Of a DNA stretch of 64,000 nucleotides, positions 9,201 through 19,400 are shown in pieces (positions within the stretch are counted from its first letter, which is position 1; every line of letters begins with the position of its first letter). The position numbers were made by a program, and so were the translations under genes. The notes under the pieces are model-generated. The model ran no database searches and was not told the DNA's origin. It saw only the letters and a list, made by a program, of their open reading frames with translations. This DNA is from Winogradskyella sp. (GTDB taxonomy: Bacteria; Bacteroidota; Bacteroidia; Flavobacteriales; Flavobacteriaceae). Where the stretch lies: contig JBMYXP010000001.1 in assembly GCA_049608525.1 (NCBI GenBank), positions 30,052 through 94,051 on the forward strand, written 5' to 3'.

Positions 9201-11048
9201 GGTACATCTAGTTTTGCAATTAAAGTAGATAGCAACCCGCCATATAATATGCCTAGCAATTGGTCGGTTTGTGACGATACAACAAATGATGGAACAGAAG
9301 TATTTGACCTTTCAATTAAAGTTGAAGAAATTTCTGAAGGCATTAACGATCATTTAGACATTACGTTTTATTCAAGTTTAAGTGACGCAGAAAACGGCAC
9401 CAATCCACTACCTCAAAACTTTACAAACACCTCTAGTATTCAAACAATCTACGTGCAAATAGATAATGGATCTGTGTGTAAATCTATGACTTCATTTACA
9501 ATAGAAGTTATTGCAGCCCCAGAAGTAAATGCTATACAGCCCATACGACAATGTGACGATGCTTTAGATGGTACAGAAGTTTTTGATATTACAATTGCAG
9601 AATTAGCAATAGCAAATGTAAGACAAGATAATATAGAGGTTAGTTATTTTGAAAGCTTTAACGATGCGCAGGCAAACGCTAATGAAATAACAAACCCAGA
9701 GAGTTACACCAATATAAGTAATCCGCAAATAGCGTATGTAAAAGTATTAAATACATTTACAGGATGTTCTGTTTTTTCACCAATAAAGTTAATAGTAGAT
9801 TTACCGCCAGTAATCAATGATTTTGAAGTTTTTGATACCTGTGCAACAGCAACAAGTAGTTTTAATTTGAATGAAGTTAATACTACATTAGTCGATACAT
9901 CTGTTAATCGAATCATATCCTATTTTTCTAATGAAACAGATGCGGAAGCAAATACAAATGCTTTAGATGCTAACTACACCTACTTAACTAACAATGATAC
10001 AATCTACGCCCGTGTAGAGTTTAATACAACACAATGCTATTCTATTTATCCATTTCAACTTAGAGTAAACGCATTGCCAATAGCAAATCAACCTTCAAAT
10101 TTAGAAGCTTGTGATGATGATTTTGATGGGGTTTTAGAATTCGATTTAACACAGCAAAACGCAGCCATATTAAACGGGCAAAACGCAAATAACTATTCAG
10201 TTACATATTACAATTCTATTGCAAATGCAAACGAAGCTCTAGAGGCTTTAGATACAGACTACTATGCTTATAACAATGAAGAAATTTACGCACGTGTAGA
10301 GAACAATGCCACGGGTTGTTATAGTGTAACAAACTTTGTTACGTTAGTAAACAGAAAACCTTATGTAAACCTACCAGACCAAGTTATATGTTTAAATAAT
10401 TCACCTTTAGTCGTATCTGCAACCACAAACACAGAAACAGATCAATACTTATGGTCCACAGGTGAAACAACCCCACAAATAGCTATCACTACCGTTGGTA
10501 ATTATTCTGTAACTGTAACATCAGAAAATAACTGTGCAACGACAAGTTACTTTACAGTTACAGAGTCAGCATCTGCCGAAATAGATGTTGTTGAAGTGTT
10601 AGATTTTTCAGATCCAAACAATGTAACGATTACAGTTACAGGTATTGGCGACTATCTTTATCAGTTAGATGATGATGCACCGCAAGAAAGTAATGTGTTT
10701 CAAAATGTAACATTAGGTTACCACACACTAACAGTAATAGATCGCAATGGTTGTGGTAGAGTAAGCCGAGAAATAGTTGTAGTTGATGCGCCAAAATTCT
10801 TTACACCAAACGGAGATGGCTCTAATGACACATGGCATATTACAGGAGTAGAAACACTGCCAGGTACAGTAATTCATATATTTGATCGCTATGGTAAAGC
10901 ATTAAAAAAGATTAGTTGCGATACCCAAGGTTGGGACGGAACTTATCGAGGGTCAAATTTACCACCAAATGATTATTGGTACTCAGCTCAGGTAAAACGT
11001 GGGGATACTTCTTTTGAAGTTAAAGGCCATTTTGCATTACGTAGGTAG
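6231..11048 (+). CDS. Large repetitive T9SS type B CTD surface protein with choice-of-anchor L domain (putative adhesin)
   Basis: Signal peptide. N-terminal GIVLTTG...LASEEY...SDGFAF...DSAVF. About 11 repeats of ~90 aa starting CDD..DG...FDL. C-terminal PKFFTPNGDGSNDTW...IFDRYGK...GWDG...DYWY...GHFALRR. Confidence 0.85.
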   Translation: MTTFKATFALIITMICGISFAQQITVDNTISAQNLIENTLIQGCVAVSNITSTVNGSVNGMGSFGYFEQNNSGFPFQNGIVLTTGNANSAGNTTNNETLNEGNASWGTDADLETALGITGTLNATAIEFNFVSISNTLAFNYILASEEYYENFPCSYSDGFAFLIREAGTSDPYVNIALIPGTSIPVNTNTIHNEIYGSCAAENQQFFEGYEVGDTNYNGRTTVLTATAAIQPNVHYQIKLVIADQSDENYDSAVFIQGNSFDSTVDLGQDIATCAGEMLLDADIQNPQASYSWYLNNSLIAGANQASYNASTSGNYRVVIEIPLVDDVCTIEDTVVIALNATQISNPISDFELCDDISSDGVALFDLTTKDTEAIASVSSPGNFIVSYHLTSADAQNNTNAIASPYQNTTNEETIYIRIEETNNGCLAYNDFALIVNPLPIIIDPSPLEVCDDYNADNRTAIDLSVKNDEITNGQANLNVTYHSTEAAAAAGTNPLPIPYTNTNANEQIFVSVQNALTGCITTTTLNITVLDNPEVSLERHFIDACDTDYDGFSNFDLTSIIPSVIEDSSNVTITFYETNEDAISGSNAIAYPANYTNTIASEQIVYIRVESETTSCASIAPIEIYTNMLATETTIGDLEFCDTGNDGVEEIYFSTVQSAIANGIPNVFVNFYSTEEDRNNSSNAINKYTPYQATGASSEYYIRIDSPTCVYDSTIEVLLIPVQEFQSIGNQTVCDLGLSVDLSFFNNLVTNGLEGFNVSYFLTEENAKQNSEALPNSYTNTTNQFTVYARIQSSGNSCYDVTSFQITVLDAPETTSPSNIVICDDDIDGFSTVDLTTVIPQVIANTNQRAVTFHNSLLNANLNTNAITNANAYSAQTENVYIRVENTVTGCYSVESLSIIVNTLPVFTEITAYQACEDDSDGVADFIFSTKDAEVLNGQTLKNVLYFTNQADADNRVNEINKNVAFQNTLNPQQIFVRVENATDNSCYGTSSFAIKVDSNPPYNMPSNWSVCDDTTNDGTEVFDLSIKVEEISEGINDHLDITFYSSLSDAENGTNPLPQNFTNTSSIQTIYVQIDNGSVCKSMTSFTIEVIAAPEVNAIQPIRQCDDALDGTEVFDITIAELAIANVRQDNIEVSYFESFNDAQANANEITNPESYTNISNPQIAYVKVLNTFTGCSVFSPIKLIVDLPPVINDFEVFDTCATATSSFNLNEVNTTLVDTSVNRIISYFSNETDAEANTNALDANYTYLTNNDTIYARVEFNTTQCYSIYPFQLRVNALPIANQPSNLEACDDDFDGVLEFDLTQQNAAILNGQNANNYSVTYYNSIANANEALEALDTDYYAYNNEEIYARVENNATGCYSVTNFVTLVNRKPYVNLPDQVICLNNSPLVVSATTNTETDQYLWSTGETTPQIAITTVGNYSVTVTSENNCATTSYFTVTESASAEIDVVEVLDFSDPNNVTITVTGIGDYLYQLDDDAPQESNVFQNVTLGYHTLTVIDRNGCGRVSREIVVVDAPKFFTPNGDGSNDTWHITGVETLPGTVIHIFDRYGKALKKISCDTQGWDGTYRGSNLPPNDYWYSAQVKRGDTSFEVKGHFALRR

Positions 11049-11065
11049 ATTAAGTCTTATTGCAT

Positions 11066-11100
11066 AAAAGCCCATTGAAACTAAATTCAATAGGCTTTTT
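11066..11100 (+). terminator. Intrinsic terminator
   Basis: AAAAGCCCATTGAA/TTCAATAGGCTTTT stem followed by a T-run, just after the 11048 stop. Confidence 0.75.
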
Positions 11101-11129
11101 AATTTTTTAAACTCAATTCTTTTTACTCT

Positions 11130-11198
11130 TACCAAAATTAGGATTTAAAATGAGCTCTAAATAATTTGAATTAAATGTTGTTTAAATTTCAATATAAG
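11130..11198 (+). repeat. MITE family left-end fragment
   Basis: TACCAAAATTAGGATTTAAAATGAGCTCTAAATAATTTGAATTA resembles the ends at 14148, 51537 and 31415 (reverse complement). Confidence 0.55.
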
Positions 11199-11282
11199 CC
11201 AACTTATTTATTGTGTATTTTATACCATAAATAGTATCAGTTATACTTTAGAACCAGCTACGGAAAAAGTCTTAATACATAT

Positions 11283-11323
11283 AAAAAAATCCTGTATCAA
11301 ATTAATGAAACAAGATTTTTTTT
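11283..11323 (-). terminator. Intrinsic terminator of pdhC
   Basis: Imperfect hairpin AAAAAAATCCTGTATCA/TGAAACAAGATTTTTTT. Confidence 0.6.
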
Positions 11324-11383
11324 AATCGTATAAATAACTAACCTGCTTAAACAAATAAGCTTAAGCGGCAGTAATTTGTAATA

Positions 11384-13030
11384 TTACATTAACATAGTTA
11401 CTGGGTTTTCTATATATCCTTTTAAAGTTTGAAGGAATTGTGACCCTGTTGCACCGTCAACCGTTCTATGGTCGCAAGCTAAAGTTAATTTCATGGTATT
11501 ACCAGCAACTACTTGCCCGTTTTTAACGACAGGTTTTGCTACAATTGCACCAACCGACAAAATAGCTGAATTTGGCTGATTAATTATAGATGTAAAACTT
11601 TCTATACCAAACATACCTAGGTTAGAAATGGTAAACGTGCTGCCTTCCATTTCATCTAATGCTAATTTTTTGTGCCTTGCTTTTGCAGCAAATTCTTTAA
11701 CTGAAGCCCCTATTTGCGTTAAACTTTGCTCATTAGCAAACTTTAAAACGGGCACTAATAATCCGTCTGGTACAGCAACGGCAACACCAATATGTACATG
11801 TTTGTTTAACTGCATTCTATCATCAAACCATTGCGAGTTAACTTGCGGATGTTGTTTTAGGGCTAATGCACATGCTTTAACAATTATATCGTTAAACGAA
11901 ATTTTTATGTCTGGTTTTGAGTTATATTGCATTCTAAATGCCATTGCATTTTCCATATCAAACTCCACATTTAAATAATAATGTGGTGCGGTAAACTTAG
12001 ATTTTGTTAAGTTTTTTGCTATCGCTTTACGCATGTTTGAGTTTGGTATCTCATCAAAACTCTCTTCACCTGTTGCCACAAACTGGCCAGCAGATGTAGT
12101 CTGTGTGCTTGGCACAAAGTTTTCTACATCTCTTTTAACGATACGTCCATTCTCACCAGATCCGTTGATTTTAGATAAGTTAAGTCCTTTATCCTCAGCC
12201 ATTTTTTTAGCTAAAGGTGAAACAAATAGACGTTTTGAAATTGTTTTGTTTTGAGAGGTCTCGTTGCTTTGCGTAGTAGTAATAGTTACTTTTTCTTTTA
12301 TAGATTCTGGCTTTGCAGTTTCTTCTTTGGTAATTGCAGGTGTTAAAGCTTCTTTATTAGCTTTCTCACCAACCTTAAAGTTTTTTGCTGTCGACGTTAC
12401 ATCTGTTCCTGCTGGGCCAATAATAGCTAATAAGGTATCTACTTTTGCAGCACTTCCTTCTTGCAAACCAACATGCAATAATGTACCAGATTGAAAAGAT
12501 TCAAACTCCATAGTTGCCTTATCGGTTTCTATTTCAGCTAAAATATCTCCTTCCTCTACAACATCACCAACATTTTTTAACCAACTAGCCACTGTACCTT
12601 CTTCCATGGTATCGCTTAGACGTGGCATGGTTACTACAATGACACCTTCTGGGAGCTCTACTTCGCTTACAGAATCATTAGAGTTTATAGAATTAAGCTC
12701 TACATTAGAAATTTCATTTTTTTCCTTTTCAGTACTCTTACTAGACTTTTCAACTACGGAATTTCCGTTTAGTAGCCCAGAGATATCCTCACCTTCGTTA
12801 CCAATAATTGCTAAAAGTGTATCTACTTTTGCTGTTTCGCCTTCTGGAATACCAATATGCAGTAAATAACCTTCGTTAAAAGATTCAAACTCCATAGTTG
12901 CCTTATCGGTTTCTATTTCAGCTAAAATATCTCCTTCTTCAATTTTATCTCCTACATTTTTTAACCAAGCCGCCACAGTGCCTTCTTCCATAGTGTCGCT
13001 TAATCGCGGCATATTTATTACTTCTGCCAT
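11384..13030 (-). CDS. pdhC: Pyruvate dehydrogenase E2, dihydrolipoamide acetyltransferase (two lipoyl domains)
   Basis: Two ETDKATME lipoyl motifs, E3-binding domain, catalytic DHRTVDG. Confidence 0.95.
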   Translation of the reverse strand: MAEVINMPRLSDTMEEGTVAAWLKNVGDKIEEGDILAEIETDKATMEFESFNEGYLLHIGIPEGETAKVDTLLAIIGNEGEDISGLLNGNSVVEKSSKSTEKEKNEISNVELNSINSNDSVSEVELPEGVIVVTMPRLSDTMEEGTVASWLKNVGDVVEEGDILAEIETDKATMEFESFQSGTLLHVGLQEGSAAKVDTLLAIIGPAGTDVTSTAKNFKVGEKANKEALTPAITKEETAKPESIKEKVTITTTQSNETSQNKTISKRLFVSPLAKKMAEDKGLNLSKINGSGENGRIVKRDVENFVPSTQTTSAGQFVATGEESFDEIPNSNMRKAIAKNLTKSKFTAPHYYLNVEFDMENAMAFRMQYNSKPDIKISFNDIIVKACALALKQHPQVNSQWFDDRMQLNKHVHIGVAVAVPDGLLVPVLKFANEQSLTQIGASVKEFAAKARHKKLALDEMEGSTFTISNLGMFGIESFTSIINQPNSAILSVGAIVAKPVVKNGQVVAGNTMKLTLACDHRTVDGATGSQFLQTLKGYIENPVTMLM

Positions 13031-13033
13031 AGC

Positions 13034-14035
13034 TTACTTAATTTTATGATCTATAAATGGATAATCGTTTTGCTCGTACACGGCGTCGTACATAACGCTT
13101 TTTTCTGGATAAGGTGATTCTTCTGCAAATTTTTCACAAGCTGCAACACCATCTTTTACACGTTTATCAATGATTTTAAGGTCTGCTTCAGTAGCATAAT
13201 TGTTTTCAAGAATAATATTCTTAACCTGAGTTATGGGATCTATTTTTTTGTATTCTTCTACTTCGTCTTTTGTTCTGTAATGTTGCGCATCGGACATTGA
13301 GTGTCCTCTGTAACGGTACGTTTTTAATTCTAAAAATGTTGGTCCGCCACCTGTACGTGCTCTGGTTATGGCTTCATCAAAAGCTTCTGCAACTTTTACA
13401 GGATTCATACCGTCAACTGGTCCGCACGGCATTTCGTAGCCTAACCCTAGTTTCCAAATATCTGTATGGTTTGCGGTACGCTCTACGGATGTTCCCATAG
13501 CATATCCGTTGTTTTCGCAAACAAAAACTACGGGTAAATTCCATAGCATGGCTAAATTAAAGGTTTCGTGTAACGAGCCTTGTCTTGCAGCACCATCACC
13601 AAAACAACATAAGGTTACTCCGTCAACATTGTGATATTTGTCACCAAAAGCAATACCAGCTCCTAAAGGAATTTGACCACCAACAATACCATGCCCACCA
13701 TAAAAACGATGTTCTTTAGAGAAAATGTGCATGGAACCTCCTAATCCTTTTGATGTGCCTGTGGCTTTACCATAAAGCTCTGCCATAACACGTTTTGGAT
13801 CTACTCCCATACCTATTGGCTGTACGTGGTTACGGTATGCTGTTATCATTTTATCCTTGGTTAAATCCATAGCATGTAACGCACCTGCTAACACGGCTTC
13901 TTGGCCATTATATAAATGTAGGAACCCTCTAACTTTTTGTTGTATATAAACTGCGGCTAGTTTGTCTTCAAACTTTCGCCAAAACAACATGTCTTCATAC
14001 CATTTAAGGTAAACCTCTTTAGTTACTTCTTGCAT
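13034..14035 (-). CDS. pdhA: Pyruvate dehydrogenase E1 alpha subunit
   Basis: RGFLHLYNGQEA, GDGA TPP motif, YRYRGHSMSD. Likely start is ATG 14035. Confidence 0.95.
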   Translation of the reverse strand: MQEVTKEVYLKWYEDMLFWRKFEDKLAAVYIQQKVRGFLHLYNGQEAVLAGALHAMDLTKDKMITAYRNHVQPIGMGVDPKRVMAELYGKATGTSKGLGGSMHIFSKEHRFYGGHGIVGGQIPLGAGIAFGDKYHNVDGVTLCCFGDGAARQGSLHETFNLAMLWNLPVVFVCENNGYAMGTSVERTANHTDIWKLGLGYEMPCGPVDGMNPVKVAEAFDEAITRARTGGGPTFLELKTYRYRGHSMSDAQHYRTKDEVEEYKKIDPITQVKNIILENNYATEADLKIIDKRVKDGVAACEKFAEESPYPEKSVMYDAVYEQNDYPFIDHKIK

Positions 14036-14147
14036 TTTCTTGATGGTTTTTATCAAACAAATCTAAATTTTATTTTCAAAATAAATAAGATTAGTTCGTT
14101 TCTAAAAAACAAAAATAACACTTTACAAAATAATGAAGAAACTGTAA

Positions 14148-14487
14148 TACCAATTATTATTTAAAATGAGTTATAAATAATTTAAAGTAATGAGGGTTTG
14201 TATTTTAATTAAAATCCTAATTATAATCGTTGTTGCAATGCTATTTTATATTGAAATAGAATCGCTATAAAGACCTATTGCATGTTTTATAGGTCTCAAA
14301 TTTTAGTTAAAACGATGTACTTTAGTGCATCTCGCTTTCGCTTCTAAAAATTTTTGACACGGATTTCACTAATTTTCAGGAATTTATGGTGTTATCTATT
14401 TGTCATTTCACGAAGCAGACTTTTAGTCTGCAAACCAAACCTATAGACTTCTAGTCCATAATGGTTTTGTTTGAATTATAATTGGTA
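14148..14487 (+). mobile_element. MITE-like repeat, copy C (340 bp, composite, with internal hairpins)
   Basis: Ends TACCAATTATTATTTAAA...TTTGAATTATAATTGGTA. Internal CTATTTTATATTGAAATA (14241-14258) is identical to copies A and B at nearly the same offset. Confidence 0.65.
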
Positions 14488-14537
14488 TAAATCGCTGAAA
14501 AAAGAGAAGAAAATTGAGAATTATGGCACAAAAATCA

Positions 14538-15020
14538 TTACAATACTGATTTGTCGAAAACCAAAGGCAATAAATTGGCTAATGAATGAGATTTTACAAC
14601 TTTACCTTTGGCGCCCATAAAATAAATCTCAATGGGTTGGTCTTGTTTTATTTCATATTCTGCAATGGCTTGTCTGCATGCTCCACAAGGCGGTATGGGT
14701 TGGTCTGTTATTTTATTTTGAGACGCTGCTGTTATGGCCATTTTAAGGATTTTTGCCTTAGGGTATTTTGCGCCTGCATAATAAATGGCTGTACGCTCCG
14801 CACATAAGCCCGATGGGTAAGCTGCGTTTTCTTGATTGTTGCCTGTAACAACTTCATTAGTATCTAAAAGTATAGCGGCACCAACATGAAAATTTGAATA
14901 TGGCGCATAAGCATTTGCTCTGGCTTGGATTGCCATATTCATAAGATTTTGAATTGACTTAGGAAGCGCGCTAAGCGCTTCAAAAACTTGTAATGTAGTT
15001 TCTATTTTTACCTCTTTCAT
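14538..15020 (-). CDS. cdd: Cytidine deaminase
   Basis: AYAPYS, CAER and PCGACRQ zinc motifs. Likely start is 15020. Confidence 0.95.
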   Translation of the reverse strand: MKEVKIETTLQVFEALSALPKSIQNLMNMAIQARANAYAPYSNFHVGAAILLDTNEVVTGNNQENAAYPSGLCAERTAIYYAGAKYPKAKILKMAITAASQNKITDQPIPPCGACRQAIAEYEIKQDQPIEIYFMGAKGKVVKSHSLANLLPLVFDKSVL

Positions 15021-15042
15021 AATTTTAGTATCTATTTTAGAC

Positions 15043-15076
15043 AAAAAAACTATTACTCTTTTGAAGCAATAGTTTT
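15043..15076 (-). terminator. Intrinsic terminator after porV
   Basis: AAAAACTATTACT/AGCAATAGTTTTT hairpin with a T-run on the minus strand. Confidence 0.6.
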
Positions 15077-15096
15077 TAATTTGAAATTAGTTATTT

Positions 15097-16338
15097 CTAA
15101 TACTCATCATATTCTCCGTCACCAAAATTAAACGTTAAAGAAAAACGCAAGGTGTTTTCTAATGGACTTTGAATTTTTGAAGCTGAAAATAAATACGATA
15201 AATCTATGTTTATAGTTGAGTATTTAAAACCTGCTCCTAATGAAAAGAATTTTCGCGCTCCTTTGTCGTCTGCTTCATTAAAAAAACCAGCTCTAAAGGC
15301 AAAAGATTCTTCGTACAAATACTCTGCTCCCAAAGCCCAAGTAAATTCTCTTAACTCTTCACTAAAACCACCTGGAGCATCGCCAAAAGATTGAAAAACA
15401 CCAGTCATAAATGCTACATTATTATCTTGTCCTTCAATAATTATATTTTGTTTTATTGGGTTATTAGCTAAGTCGTCTTCATCTTCTTCATAAGTTCCAT
15501 TACCATTGTTATCAGTAAATTCATATTCATCTCCTAAAATTGGTGGAGTTGGGACTAAATATTTTGAAACCTCCCCAGTAACAGAAAGTTTATTATAATC
15601 GTCAAAAATAAAGTCAAAACCAGCACCTAATCTTAAATTGGTTGGCTGAAAATTATCTTGCCCATCATCATCGTACTTAAATTTTGGGCCCAAATTTTGA
15701 ATTGCAAAACCCATTCTCCAACGGCCATTAAAATCATTGTAAGCCTCTTCTTCACTTTGGTAATACCCTGTAACATCTGCACCAAATGTACTTGCTGCAT
15801 TAGCATTAGAGTCCACAGCACCAATTCTTAGGTTAGATCTCATATATCTTAAGGCTACACCCATAGAAAATTGGTCGTCTAATTTTAAAGAGTAAGCAAC
15901 ATCTAAAGCAAACTCATTTGGTTTTACTGCAATGCCAGGATCATCAGCACTTTGTGTTAATACAATCTCACCTAAGGTAAAATATTTAACACTTGCAGAT
16001 ACGGCGCTATAATCATTTAATCTATTAAAATAGGTTGCATAACTTACTGAAATATCGTTTACTAACTTTGATAAGTATGGTGTATAACTTAAGCCTATAC
16101 CAGATTTAGTTTCTGAAAACGCATATTTGGAAGCATTCCAATGTTGCGAATAACCATCTACAGAGGTCGCCACACCCATATCTCCCATACCTGCAGATCT
16201 TGCATCTGGTGCAATAAGCAAAAATGGCAAACCTGTGGTAATAACTCTACTATCGTTATCGTTTGGAATAACTACTGTTTGTGCAAAATTTAAATTTATT
16301 GTTGCAAAGGCAACGAGTGTAAATATGATTTTTTTCAT
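15097..16338 (-). CDS. porV: T9SS outer-membrane shuttle PorV
   Basis: PFLLIAPDARSAGMGD, SYTPYL, ENTLRFSL. Directly downstream of porU. Confidence 0.92.
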   Translation of the reverse strand: MKKIIFTLVAFATINLNFAQTVVIPNDNDSRVITTGLPFLLIAPDARSAGMGDMGVATSVDGYSQHWNASKYAFSETKSGIGLSYTPYLSKLVNDISVSYATYFNRLNDYSAVSASVKYFTLGEIVLTQSADDPGIAVKPNEFALDVAYSLKLDDQFSMGVALRYMRSNLRIGAVDSNANAASTFGADVTGYYQSEEEAYNDFNGRWRMGFAIQNLGPKFKYDDDGQDNFQPTNLRLGAGFDFIFDDYNKLSVTGEVSKYLVPTPPILGDEYEFTDNNGNGTYEEDEDDLANNPIKQNIIIEGQDNNVAFMTGVFQSFGDAPGGFSEELREFTWALGAEYLYEESFAFRAGFFNEADDKGARKFFSLGAGFKYSTINIDLSYLFSASKIQSPLENTLRFSLTFNFGDGEYDEY

Positions 16339-16401
16339 GTGTGTTTAAAAGTGTTTATGCTTATACATTAGCATTAAATCGTTAGCAAATATAATTTTTT
16401 A

Positions 16402-19400
16402 TTAGAGGATAACCAATTTTTGAATTTTTTCAACTTGTTTATTTAAACGGTTAGATTTTACTTTTAGTTTATAAACATAGACTCCTTTACCTATTTTATC
16501 TCCAAAATCATCTCTTCCGTCCCAAACAATATCCTTAGATAATGAACTTACCGATTTACTGCCACCAGTAGTTTGCCCATTTAAAGTACGGACTAATTTA
16601 CCTGTAACTGTAAATATTTGTACTGAAATATCTAACGTGTCTGCACTGTTATGATTAAACCAAAACTCGGTATAACTCACAAAAGGATTAGGGTAGTTTA
16701 ATACATTATCAATAACTAAGGCTTCATCTTTATCGAAGACGTTAAATTGAATTTCTGCCGTTGAAGAATTATTATACACATCCCAAGCTTTAAAAGTTAT
16801 AGTGTGCATACCGGGTTCTAAATCTCTAAACGGATAGGTTACTGTTCCTTTTGTGTAATCGTCGATATCGGCTTGGTAATAATCGTTTAAAATAATAGGA
16901 TTGGTTTCATCACCATCTAGTATTGCTGTGATGTTGTGGCCAATACCGCTGGCTGTATTAATGCCATTTTCATCTTGCAATTTGGCTAAAAATGTTGGTG
17001 ACTCATTTGTAATACCGCCCGAAACAAAATTTTCGTCATTCATATACAAGTTAATAACTGGCCCTATGTTATCTTCTGGTGCATTTTCGTTAATACCACC
17101 AATTTTAATGTCAAAATTTGAACCCGTTTGGTCGGTTAAACCAATATTAGCTTGGGCATAAAAACTCACTTTTCCATTTCCGACAGGAATACTTATATCT
17201 CTTGGCACAATAAAATCGAATTCAAACTGACCATTTGCAACAGTTGCTTGGCCTTTAAATATAACCTCGCCTAATGTTGTAAAATCTAAGATGATTACTT
17301 CCCCTGTATTATCATCTACAGTACCATCATTAGCCAAGGTTTGGCGATTAATTCTTTTGTCAAAAACAGTTGCTGTTAATTTGCCATTATAATTTGATAA
17401 AAGATTTCCGTTTGCATCTGTAACTTCGCCCGAAAGCTTTGTATAACTTAGGGCTTTTAAAGTATCTATAGGTTGTGTAATGTCTATACCGTTAACTTTG
17501 GTAAGCCTAATATTTGGCTTAGGAAACGCTAATTTCATTGCCGGATCGCCAATAAAAAACACCAAACGTCTGCTTAAATTTCCAATATCATTTTTAGTAA
17601 GCCTTAAGGCTTCTGCCATGCTAGGGTAATCATTAGAGCCAAACGCAAATAAATAATCGCTTAGCACTTCATTAAAAGAAACACCTACATCAACACTTAT
17701 TTGCCGGGTTGTTGTGATTAATGCTATTGCGCCTCCGTTTTTATTCCAAAAGGTATATTCGCCTGCGGTTTCTCTGTTAGGGTCGTCAAATTTGGTGTAT
17801 TCACAGGTAATAGTTACAAACAAATTAAACTTACAAATGTTATTTACCTCTTGGGCGTCTATTTTGTCGTAAATACGCTCTTTGGCTAAACCATCTTCTC
17901 CGCCATGGCCAAAATAATTAACAACTAATGCACCTGCTTGTATGGCATCTTTAATAGCTTTATTAACTTTTGGATACCTGTTGCCCGCTGCAGAAGCCTC
18001 TTGCTGAAAAGCATCGGTATGAATTTTAATAACATTCATTTCGGGCTTTTCAGTTTCTATTTCGGTACCAAGTGCATCTGTTGTTTCTTGTAAAACTCGT
18101 TCCCAATCATTTGCAGGTTGGTACCGATCTACATCATCAGAAATAACGATGGCATTATTACGCCAACTTCCAAAAGCTTCTTTTTGGTAATACGCTTCAA
18201 TTTTATCTACCATGTCTTTAGCACGCTGCACATCTTCAACTAAAATTCTGCCAATGGCAATATCTAATTTATCGCTTGTAAACATGTTGCCTTCATTATC
18301 ATTTAACATGCCATAAAAATCATCGGACACATAAGATGAGCTAAGGCTAAAACTACTAATTGCATGCCAAGATGGTACCAAATTGGTGTTATTCCTTATT
18401 CTGTCTTTATAATCGTAAGAGCCGTCGCCAAACAAACACAAATACTTTAATCTATTATTAGGAGAACTGGCATTGTCGTAAACATATTTTACAAAATTTC
18501 TAATTGCGGCAATATCTTGGCTGCCTGTGCTGAACTCAGTATAGATATCATTAAGCGTTACAACTTTTACGTTAAGGTTATATTTAGTTCTGTTAATCTG
18601 TGCTAAACGTTCTGCCTGAGACGCTAAAATTGTTGGTGTTACAATGATATAATCTATATCCTCAAACTGCCCCTGTTCATTATTAAATATCGTGCCTTTT
18701 AAATTTTGATTAGCCACAGTCGTTTTGGCATCCTTTAAAGGTTGAAACACATTTGAATTTGAAAATGCGAGATAAATTCTTTCCTCGCCAGACACCGCTT
18801 TAAAAGATAGCGATGCCAGTTGTTCTGTATTTTCGGTATTAAAAACATTAAAACGATCTGTTATATCCCATATTTCATTTACGTTACTTGCATTAGAGAC
18901 TGTGTATTCTGCAATTCCTGGGGTATTATTAACTATGCTATTTTTAAATATTAATTGATCACCTTCAAAAGTTAAAGCTCTAGTAGCTTCAATATTTATA
19001 TAATCTAAAAATGCGTTAGCAGAAGGATTACCATTATTATCATAATCTAAAGTAACTGTGATTTTGTCTGAAGTTATATTTAAAGCTCCGTTGTAGGAAC
19101 TTGAACTTGCTAACACTGAAGAATTTACTTCACTAAAATTTAAAGTTGACACTTCATTGTTGTTAATATTAATGCGCATTGTTGTATTTGGGGTCGTAGA
19201 AACCGAACCAGCAACAATACTAAAATTAACAGCGGAATTGGTGTCTAGGTTAGGAAAATCGAATTCGTAAACACGTTGGTTTTCTATATCAAATGTATCT
19301 CCAAACCATTTGCGACCTAATTTGGCTAAATTATACTCATCGACTTCATAAAATTGATAATCCTTAAATGTATCTATTTGTATATTAGCAGCAGCAGTAA

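Noticed and set aside
11384-14035. Defective PDH because pdhB and lpd are absent
   Set aside because: Unlinked pdhB and lpd are common in Flavobacteriia, and both genes present are intact.
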